Source: Alphaproteobacteria bacterium (GTDB lineage Bacteria > Pseudomonadota > Alphaproteobacteria > MPNO01 > UBA830). Taken from it: DNA of 64,000 bases. The notes below the pieces were generated by a model. The model was not told the DNA's origin, ran no database searches, and saw nothing but the letters and a program-made list of their open reading frames with translations. Below, piece after piece: positions 11,114 to 19,499 of this stretch. The stretch spans positions 5,440,001 through 5,504,000 of the forward strand of contig OZ251539.1 in assembly GCA_965243135.1 (NCBI GenBank). The letters run 5' to 3'. The position numbers and the translations under genes are program-made. Numbering within the stretch: the first letter of the stretch is position 1; every line of letters begins with the position of its first letter.

Positions 11114-13010
11114 CTGTCCTCTCCTGCCGTTACATGTACGCGGCATCGACCATTCTGTCGATCATCGCCAGCGGCCCGTCGGGTCTGCCCGCGTTCCTCG
11201 CCAGCTTGGCGAATTCCTGTGCGCGGCGCAGCTCCGAGCGCACGAGCGAACGCGCATCGGGATCGCGTTCTTCCTCCATGTCGGGCGGCAGCGCCAGCAG
11301 ATCGTGAATGACGCTGTGCGTCTTGCCCATGGCTCCGCATGTGCGCAATAGCCGTCCGCGGCGCTGCACCCACTGCCGCTCAACGGTCGTGCTTGCCAAG
11401 ATGAAGGCCGTGCATATCTGTGGAATGTTCACGCCTTCGTCCAGCACGCGCTTCGCGGTGAGAACCTGGATGTCGCCAGCCTGGAAGGAATTGATGATCT
11501 GTTTGGCCTCGCCGCGTCTCGCCGTCTCTTCGGCGGTGAGCTGGTGGTACAGGATGTTCATGTCGCCCAGCAAACGGTTTACGTTGTCAAGCTGCTCCGG
11601 TCCCTTATCGGAAGTGTAGATGAGCGTGTGCCGTAGGCTGTCCTCCGCCTCGAGCAAGGTCTTCAGCGTCGAAACCTTGCCTGACGCGGTCTCTAGCAGC
11701 GCACGCCGGTCAAGAAAAAGTTTGGCGAGGTATTCGTCCGGCTTCCTGCCCTCCTTTCGCCAGGAATTCCGCTTGATCTCGCCCGTCAAATCGTACCAGT
11801 CGCCCATCTCGCTCTCAGTCAGGTATACAGGATGGAGGTAGTAGTCGTATTCGACGAGACAGCGGCCGATCGCCTCTTCGAGCGTGAAACGGAAGGCTAC
11901 CGGCCCAAAGAAGCGGAACAGCGCCTCCGTTCCCTCCTCGTCGTACTGGCGGATCGGCGTAGCCGACAGGCCGAGCCGGTGCTCGAAGAATTCTGGGGGT
12001 TCGCCGACGAAAGACGGACGGCCGAGGTTATGGGCTTCGTCCGCAATCAACAGACGCGCGCAGTCGAACGCCTCTATGGCAGTGCAAAACTCCTGGGTGC
12101 ACAGCGTATCGTGGCTTACGACGACGACCTCTACATCCGAAATGCCGTGGCGCAACCGGCGCCTCAATGTTTGCAGTTCGCCTGTGCGTTTTGTAGCGCC
12201 GCTGACCGTCGTGAGGTTGACCGGCTTCAGTCCGAACGGGGCGATTTCATCACACCACTGTTCGATCAGCGGTACGTAAGGCGCGGCGATGACGACCAGC
12301 AGCGGCTTGCGTTCTTCGTACAGGCAATGGGTGCCGATCATGGCGGTAATCGTCTTGCCCGAGCCTGTCGCCATTTCCAGGACGCCGCGATAATCGGCGT
12401 TGCGCCACGCATCGACTGCTTTTCCCTGATGTTCGAAAGGCCCGTCTTCGTGCCGTAGCCAGCCCGGTATCGCGAAACTTGCTTGGGCTGGAAAAACGGG
12501 ATCCGCGAGGTCCGTGCTCCCGGTCACGCCCGCCGCGCGGCCGTAGAGAGCACGAAGTTCGTCTTCAGTCGGCGGAGTTTCCGAACTGTACGTTCGCAGC
12601 AGGCGCTGACTGACGGCCTGCGGAATGGCGATGACAATGCAGTTGTCTTCCTTGTTTTTCCATAACCGGCCGAATTCGTACCGGAGCTTGTCGGCAATGT
12701 AACGCTGATTCGGATCCTGCCAGGATCGCGACACGGCAATCTGTTCGATATTCTTCCGAAGGCCCGCAAGGGTCACGTTGCTCGAACCGTGCGCGGCGAT
12801 GACGTCGCTCTCGTTCTCGAAGAGCCAGACCTTCGGATGAAAGAGAGCGTCTTTCATCAGGGCGACCCTGATCTCGATTCTTTGTTCGCGAATCAGCCAT
12901 GTGAGGCATTTCAGCGTATGTCGCTGGAGCAGGTCTTCCGTGACGGTCAGTTCAAGGAGAATCCCGTCTGCTACCTCCTCTGGAGATTTGAGGCCATCTT
13001 CTATGGCCGC

Positions 13011-14653
13011 CAGCAATTCCCGCTAAGGCTCGAAACCCGTGGAAAATATGGAGTCCGAAAAAAATTTTTCGTAGACTTTTCGAGGTGATTCGGGGCTATT
13101 TGCCTTCGAGCGGAGCATCTTTCTCTGGAAAGTGGTCCGAAGGCGAGGCGGGATTGTACCAAAATGGCCAGAATGCCAGGCATGCGCAAGACGCTCAGCG
13201 CTCCGGGATTGCTGAAGGCGCTCCGGGAGGTTTTTGACGGCATTGAGGATCTGACGGCGAGTCGAGGCGTCGCTCTTTCGGACTGCCTGATGTCGGGGAT
13301 TGCGGTATTTGGTTTGAAGTACAAATCTCTTTTAAAGTTTGATCGCGACGCACGTTTTGATGAAACGGTTCGCAATAATCTTGCGACGTTGTACGGGATA
13401 GAGAGAGCGCCTTCCGACAGCAGGTTGCGCGAGCGTCTGGACGACGTGGACCCCCGTAGTTTACGTCCCGCTTTCACGAAGATGTTCCAGTTGCTTCAGC
13501 GTGGAAAGGGTCTGGAAGGTTACACCTGTCTAGGCGGGCATTATCTTTTATCCGTTGACGGAACGGGATATTTTTCATCTCACAAGGTGCACTGTAAAAG
13601 CTGCTGTGAAAAGCATCACAGGAACGGAACAATCACGTACTACCACCAGATGCTGGGGGCAGTTCTCGTGCATCCGGAACAAAAGGAAGTTTTCCCTCTT
13701 GCACCGGAGCCGATTACCAAGAAAGATGGAAAGAAGAAAAACGATTGCGAACGCAACGCAGCGACACGACTGTTGCGCGATGTGCGGCGGGAGCATCCGT
13801 TTTTGAAATTGATAGTGGTAGAAGACGGACTTGCCTCGAACGGCCCGCATGTCAAGCATCTCAAGGAGTTGAACCTTCGCTTCATACTGGGCGCGAAGCC
13901 GGGAGATCATAAATTTTTGTTTGATTTAGTGGACAGGTCACGATCTGTGAAACGTGCTGAATTCTCCGATAAAGAAGGTATAATGCACGAATTCAGATAT
14001 CTTAACAAGGCACCACTCAACGATGCGAATTTCGACCTTGAAGTCAACTTTGTTGAATACTGGGAAAAGCATCCCGACGGCAGAAAGCAACGCTTCTCTT
14101 GGGTTACGGATCTGCCAGTAGGAGATCACAACCTGATGGAGATAATGCGCGCCGGACGTGCGCGTTGGCGTATCGAAAACGAGACCTTCAACACCCTGAA
14201 GAACCAAGGTTACAACTTCGAACACAACTTCGGTCATGGTTACAAGCATCTGTCGAATGTCTTTGCTAACTTGATGATGCTGGCTTTCCTGATCGATCAG
14301 ATTCAGCAGAGATGTTGCAATCTGTTTCAAAGAGCACGGAAGAAAGCCGAGCGTTCCATCTACTTGTGGGAGAAGTTGAGGGCTATGTTCTTCAACTTTT
14401 CACTACCAAGCTGGGAAACGCTTTATCGTGCGATAGCGTTCGGATATAAGAAACCGATTTTGGAACCTTACGATACTTCCTGACATAATAAATTTTCGAA
14501 GTGTGTAGCAGGTTCTTCAGGGGGAAACATAACCAACGAAAGCTCGGCCATAAAGCCGAACGTTAGACGTCTGTCCTGACGGTCGTGCCTCCTGTCGAGA
14601 GAGTCCTTTGCATCTGATTTAGCAGGACCACTACGAGTTAGCGGGAATTTCTG
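13011..14653 (+). mobile_element. Second ISNCY/ISDol1-like insertion sequence with 9-bp TSD
   Basis: Same IR family as 2342-3990; TSD TATGGCCGC at 13002-13010 and 14654-14662. Confidence 0.93.
13164..14483 (+). CDS. DDE transposase, diverged paralog of 2517-3836
   Basis: 439-aa ORF, collinear with the first transposase, same catalytic motifs. Confidence 0.92.
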   Translation: MARMPGMRKTLSAPGLLKALREVFDGIEDLTASRGVALSDCLMSGIAVFGLKYKSLLKFDRDARFDETVRNNLATLYGIERAPSDSRLRERLDDVDPRSLRPAFTKMFQLLQRGKGLEGYTCLGGHYLLSVDGTGYFSSHKVHCKSCCEKHHRNGTITYYHQMLGAVLVHPEQKEVFPLAPEPITKKDGKKKNDCERNAATRLLRDVRREHPFLKLIVVEDGLASNGPHVKHLKELNLRFILGAKPGDHKFLFDLVDRSRSVKRAEFSDKEGIMHEFRYLNKAPLNDANFDLEVNFVEYWEKHPDGRKQRFSWVTDLPVGDHNLMEIMRAGRARWRIENETFNTLKNQGYNFEHNFGHGYKHLSNVFANLMMLAFLIDQIQQRCCNLFQRARKKAERSIYLWEKLRAMFFNFSLPSWETLYRAIAFGYKKPILEPYDTS

Positions 14654-15189
14654 TATGGCCGCTAGATCTTCGGTCTCGAGCAGGGGGCTCACGATGAGCC
14701 GAAACCTGCTGCTGGAACCGGCGAGGTAGGTCGCAAGACCAGGAGCAAGCGAGGCCAGCACCTGGCTTGAAAAAAAACCGACCATGCAGTCAACCATGTT
14801 CGCCGCCTGAAATCCGGGGATCAGAACTTCCTCGGCGAAAGGGTCCGCTGGCAACATGTAAAGCGGCCGTATCGCCTCCAGAGACTGCAACGCTGGCGGC
14901 CGGCTGCTATCGAGGGCACCGGCCACCTCAGTTCCATTCGTCGGCAACGCCATTGGTGTCATGTGCGTGGATGCCAATCGGTTGAAAGGTGTTTCCCGAT
15001 AGTCGACCCGTGCGGTTCCGCGCACTTGCACACTGCGTTTCCTCCCGAAGCCAACAGACCGGCAGATGCATAGAGGGATTCTGTACAGGAATCAAGCTAT
15101 TCGCCGACATGAGCCGTTTGCGCTGTGCCATTTTTCGTCAGCCTGCCGCCCGGCCGACGCCCCGCGGAGCGCTCCGCCCGCCCGCTGGC

Positions 15190-15620
15190 GGCCAGTTGCC
15201 CGGGGGCGGTCGGACGACCGCAGCGGTCATCCCGTGTTGCGCAGCCCGACCGGACCGGCCAGCGACCGCCCCGACGTTCCGCCCGCAGGTGCCCGCAGGC
15301 CGCGATACAGGTTTCTCCATGCGGTACGCATTGTCGATCCGGCTGCCGCTCCATGGCGGAGCGGCGGTCCACGTTTCCATGAGGGGCTGCCCCAAGGGAC
15401 CGGCGTGAGGGCTCGCCTGTCATGCTTCTCTAGGTCGACGCGGACGATGCGGCCATACCCCCGGCCTGACACTTGGCGGCCCGGTGGCATTCCTTGCGAC
15501 CTGCGCAGCCGAAAGCCGTTGCAGGGCCTTGCGCGCGCTTCGCGGTTCGCCTCGAAGCCCTGGACCGCCCCACTAGGCGTGGTTTCGGGTCCCCTATCCA
15601 CTTCGATGCGCAACGCAGGC
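15190..15620 (-). pseudogene. Decayed transposase C-terminal remnant
   Basis: YGRIVRVDLEKHDRRALTPVPWGSPSWKRG; homologous in inverted orientation to 63110-63420. Confidence 0.55.
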
Positions 15621-15727
15621 GAGCGTCGATCTCAATCGGGAGGCGGACGGGCGGCGTCAAGGCTCAGATGGCGAGAGGTGATGTGGCGCGATGCTTGCCG
15701 GTTGTCGGGACGGGCAGATAGCTGGCG

Positions 15728-17023
15728 TCAAAACTTGCCGGTGACGCCGACGCTCACGCCGTGATTCCGGTATTCGTGGATCGGTATGTTGGAACGGCCG
15801 ATTTCGAAGGAATAGCCCACATACGGGGCGAACCCTCGGTATTGCAGCGAACGGTGCAGGACCCTCCCGCTCAACCGGATTTTCCTGTCGGATCGTCTCT
15901 TGCCGAACAGCGGGTCTCGGGCGGCATGCCGCCGGAATTCGACGGAAGGGCCTGCGGATACGGACAGCCCGCCCTCGAAAGCGCGCGAGAACCGCAGGCC
16001 GATGCCGATCAGGCGGTAGCGGTGATGCGTTGTTTTCGCTCCGACGGCCTCAAGGATCGGTTCCGTTTCCACCGCGGTCTGCCCGTCGAGCGCGTAGAGC
16101 AGGCGAGGAATGGACGTTATCCGCCACCCGTCGTGGCCGTCATACGCATCGTGCCGCCGGTATTCGGCATTCAGCGGCAGGTCGAGGCGAACGGACTTCG
16201 AGAGGCGCAGGGTGGTGCGCACCCAGGGACCGATGCTTCGATAATCGCTGTCGCCGCCAACCCGACGATGCCCGAACCGCAGACCTCCGGCCGCGCTGCC
16301 GCCGTCGAACAGCCGCGCCGCTCCGGTTTCGCCGGAAACGGTGATGTCGTTCCATTCCGACTGCCGGTAAACTTTCGCGGCGGTCGAGACCGCCAGCACG
16401 GCGCGGAGATCCTCCGCGACCGTCGGGGAGAAGGAGAACCCGGCGGAGACGAAGCCGCCGACGCCGGAAGACGCCCTTGCGTCGGGATTCAGCCGGAACG
16501 GCACGCCGCCGATGCTGACGATTTCGCGTTCCGTTCGCCGGGCGGGATTGGTCTCGGGCAAGACGGCGGCGGAAAACGAGATCGACCATCTGCGGCGGGC
16601 GTCGATCCGCCGCAGGAAGCCTTCGACCGCCGCTTCGACCGACGAGGGCAGTTCGTCGGCCAGCGCCGAGCCGAAATGGTATCTGGCCTTCTCGTCGCGG
16701 CCCGCCGCGTAATAGGCGCGGGCGAGTTCCAGCCGTACCCGGGTAAGGCCGGGCCGCAGGGCGAGGACGGCTTCGAAGCGTTCGGCCGCCTGCCTGGGTT
16801 TTCCGAGGCGCATCTCGATTCGTCCGAGCAGGAACAGGCGTTCGATCCGCTCTTCTTCGCCGCCCGGATGCGCCTGTTCGAGAAAGGCGAGGGCGTCGCG
16901 GAGGCGGCCGGCTTCGAGGAGCAGCCGACCGGCCTGCATGTCCGAAATCCCGGACGGAACCGGCTGCGCCTGCGCGGCGGCAGCGGCGAACAGAACCGCC
17001 GCCGCGCAAACGAGGGCGCGCAG
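15728..17023 (-). CDS. Slam-family surface lipoprotein assembly modifier (TPR + DUF560 beta-barrel)
   Basis: TPR motif RVRLELARAYY, amphipathic beta strands, C-terminal Phe (VTGKF). In-frame extension from CTG 17023 adds the signal peptide xRALVCAAAVLFAAAAAQA. Confidence 0.88.
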   Translation of the reverse strand: MRALVCAAAVLFAAAAAQAQPVPSGISDMQAGRLLLEAGRLRDALAFLEQAHPGGEEERIERLFLLGRIEMRLGKPRQAAERFEAVLALRPGLTRVRLELARAYYAAGRDEKARYHFGSALADELPSSVEAAVEGFLRRIDARRRWSISFSAAVLPETNPARRTEREIVSIGGVPFRLNPDARASSGVGGFVSAGFSFSPTVAEDLRAVLAVSTAAKVYRQSEWNDITVSGETGAARLFDGGSAAGGLRFGHRRVGGDSDYRSIGPWVRTTLRLSKSVRLDLPLNAEYRRHDAYDGHDGWRITSIPRLLYALDGQTAVETEPILEAVGAKTTHHRYRLIGIGLRFSRAFEGGLSVSAGPSVEFRRHAARDPLFGKRRSDRKIRLSGRVLHRSLQYRGFAPYVGYSFEIGRSNIPIHEYRNHGVSVGVTGKF

Positions 17024-17024
17024 C

Positions 17025-18980
17025 CTATTGCTTCCTGCCGCCGAACCAGCCGTGCATCACGGTGTCGTCCGCATCCCGCGTTGCCGAAAACACGCCGCCG
17101 GCTTCCTCCGCGCCTGGACCGAAAAACGCGCCGCGCATCTCGCCCGTCAGCCCGCGGGCCGAGCTCGCAAGCGCAGCCGAGGTCGTATCGACGCCCGCCA
17201 GCGTGGCGGTGAATCCACTGTCGCTGGCGATGCGACCGTTCGAGACGTTCACGCGGCCGCTCATGGAGGAGTAGTTCGCAACGCCCTGATTTCGGCGTTC
17301 GAGTCTGTCGATGGTTCCTTCGATCGTGCCGTTGCCGAAGTTTGCCGTAAGTCCCAGGTCCCCTCGGATATAGCTCCTGTCGTCGCGAGACGGCATGTCC
17401 GCCAGATAGGAGCGCGCATAGGCCCTGCCGGCGTAGGACGCCGTCCCGCCCGGCAGCGTTTCCGTCCGAACCCCGTATACCGAATGACCATCGTGGGCTT
17501 CCGGGCCGGTCGGGTCCGTCCACCATCCGTTCGCGTCGAAATAGGCGTACCCGGAGGGCGAGCCGTCGTTTCTCGGGGCGTTGTAGAAGGCTCCTGTGGT
17601 CGACCAGATCTGGTATCTCGTATCGTCGACTTCCTTCAGGTAGTTGTTGTCCGCTATCTGGAAATCGGCTTCCGTAAAGCGGACCTCCTTCTCGGCGCCG
17701 GCGACCACGTAGGTCACGCGAAAACCGCCAGCGTCGTCGCCCGATATGGATTTCACGTAGGTTTCCGTTGTCAAGCCGACGGATTCTGCGCCCTCGGTGA
17801 AGTCCCTGTCGACGCTTACGTTCAGCGGCGTGAACGGGTTATCCGCACCCGGAAGGAGCGTGGCTATCCGGCGGTCGGCGACTTGCCGGCCGCCGATGAA
17901 ACCTTGATACACGAGATCGCCTTGGCTCGCTGACAGCACGCCGCCCACTTCCTCGGCGGCGGGACCGTAGAACTCGCCGAGCAGGCCGCCCTCGATCCCG
18001 CGGGTCGTGCTCTGGCCGGGCGAAGCGCCTGAACCGGCCACTCCCGCGAGGTCGGCGGTGAACTGGCCGTCCGCGATGACGCCGTTCGAGATTGCGATGT
18101 GACCGTGGACCGTTTCCCATCCGGATGCGGAATCCGAAGCATCGTTTCTCTGGAGCGCATGTAGCCGGCCCTCGACGGCGCTTTCTCCGAAATCCGCCGT
18201 AAGAAGCAGCCCGCCTCGCATATCCAGTCTCGAATTCAACGTCGGGCTGTTCGATCGCCATGCGGTCGTCCACGTTCGTCCGTGATACGTTGCGGAACCG
18301 GCTGTGGGCATTGTCTCCGTTCGAGCCCCGTACACCGAGCGGCCGCGCTGAACAGCCGTGATATCGGTGCTTGGAAGTTCCTCGAAATCGACGATGTCCC
18401 AGCCAATGATCTCGAAATATCTGAATTCCTGCGAGCCGTCGTTTCTCGGCGCTTGGTTAAACGCGCCGGTTCTGGACGACAGAGTATGGAGGCGTCTGGT
18501 GCCGTCCGGCTGTTTTGAATAGACAGCGCCGGACGTCCCTCTTCCTTCGATCGTTGCGCCCCGGTCGTCTCCGGAGAATTGAACCTGCCGTTCGACGCCG
18601 TCGACCACATAGGTAACGCGGAATCCATCCTCTCCGTCGCTTGATATGCTCTTGATATGCGATCGATTGTTCAGCGTTACGCGAGATCCAGCGTGATCCC
18701 TGTCGAGCACGACGGACAACGGCGCGAATGCATTTTGCGCATTCGGAAGCAGCCGACTGAGCTTGTGGGCCTCTGCATCGCTTGCTGTCACGCCTGCGAA
18801 AAGCCTGTTGGTCAGTCCGGCCGCGAGTTCGCCGAGCGTCGGTTGCGGCGGCTGGCTGCCGCCCGGCTGGCTCGTGACAGGCGACGTTTCGGAAGATCCT
18901 CCGCTGCCGCCGCAACCGGACAACGCAGGAGCGAGGGCGACAACTGCCGCCAGCAATGCAGATCTGACTGGATTCGTCAT
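17025..18980 (-). CDS. Bilobed TbpB-like surface lipoprotein (probable Slam/T11SS cargo)
   Basis: Lipobox LSGC and a G/S/P linker; two homologous lobes, each with A(T/S)YxG, LTA(D/N)FG and GxF(Y/F)GPxAEExGGV motifs; GGGGAGG RBS. Confidence 0.88.
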   Translation of the reverse strand: MTNPVRSALLAAVVALAPALSGCGGSGGSSETSPVTSQPGGSQPPQPTLGELAAGLTNRLFAGVTASDAEAHKLSRLLPNAQNAFAPLSVVLDRDHAGSRVTLNNRSHIKSISSDGEDGFRVTYVVDGVERQVQFSGDDRGATIEGRGTSGAVYSKQPDGTRRLHTLSSRTGAFNQAPRNDGSQEFRYFEIIGWDIVDFEELPSTDITAVQRGRSVYGARTETMPTAGSATYHGRTWTTAWRSNSPTLNSRLDMRGGLLLTADFGESAVEGRLHALQRNDASDSASGWETVHGHIAISNGVIADGQFTADLAGVAGSGASPGQSTTRGIEGGLLGEFYGPAAEEVGGVLSASQGDLVYQGFIGGRQVADRRIATLLPGADNPFTPLNVSVDRDFTEGAESVGLTTETYVKSISGDDAGGFRVTYVVAGAEKEVRFTEADFQIADNNYLKEVDDTRYQIWSTTGAFYNAPRNDGSPSGYAYFDANGWWTDPTGPEAHDGHSVYGVRTETLPGGTASYAGRAYARSYLADMPSRDDRSYIRGDLGLTANFGNGTIEGTIDRLERRNQGVANYSSMSGRVNVSNGRIASDSGFTATLAGVDTTSAALASSARGLTGEMRGAFFGPGAEEAGGVFSATRDADDTVMHGWFGGRKQ

Positions 18981-19003
18981 GAGAAGAGACCTCCCCGCTT
19001 GAT

Positions 19004-19126
19004 TGAAGAGGCCCCGTGAAGAGGCCCCGTGAAGAGGCCCCGTGAAGAGGCCCCGTGAAGAGGCCCCGTGAAGAGGCCCCGTGAAGAGGCCCCGTGAAGA
19101 GGCCCCGTGAAGAGGCCCCGTGAAGA
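19004..19126. repeat. Perfect 13-bp tandem repeat TGAAGAGGCCCCG, 9 full copies + 6 bp
   Basis: Units start at 19004, 19017 ... 19108; no spacers. Confidence 0.97.
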
Positions 19127-19136
19127 ATTGCCGACA

Positions 19137-19165
19137 ATGATACCATGCCGTCCCAAGGCCGTCAA
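19137..19165 (-). promoter_or_regulatory. Sigma70-type promoter for the lipoprotein-Slam operon
   Basis: Minus strand TTGACG-17 bp-TATCAT with TGn extension. Confidence 0.7.
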
Positions 19166-19499
19166 ATCACCATACAGTGCAACGGTGCCAGCGCGGCACA
19201 GGCCTTCTGTTGCGTCTTCACACTGCTGCTTTGCGACCTGTTGCAGTGCGAAGACGCGGTTTGACGAAGGCAGCGCAGGTCGATCAACTCGGCTGGATCC
19301 CGGAGCTGTTTACCCCTGCAAGACCCTACCCTGTCGCCATCGCAGATGACCGATGATCGGCGCATCCGAAGCCCTCGACCTGAAGCGATACCTGACCGAA
19401 CAGGCCGCTGCTCTCGCCAGAGATCCGATTAGGTCATGCGAAAATCGTCGGATAGCATGGATGAATCAATGACATGCGGAATCTCACGGTATGCGCGAG

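Larger units (their letters stand above)
11130..14962 (-). pseudogene. PLD nuclease + SF2 (ResIII-like) helicase, PbeA / Dnd-restriction-like, interrupted by IS
   Basis: HPK...GSSN PLD motif, MATGSGKT, DEAH, LDEGVNIP, QRRGR. Removing the IS and one TSD joins ...ETEDLAAI|EDGLKSPEE in frame (726 aa from ATG 14962). Confidence 0.85.

Noticed and set aside
2342-14653. Composite transposon bounded by the two related IS copies
   Set aside because: Each IS has its own distinct TSD inside its own target gene, so they are independent insertions.
19004-19126. CRISPR array
   Set aside because: 13-bp head-to-tail units with no spacers; no cas genes in the window.
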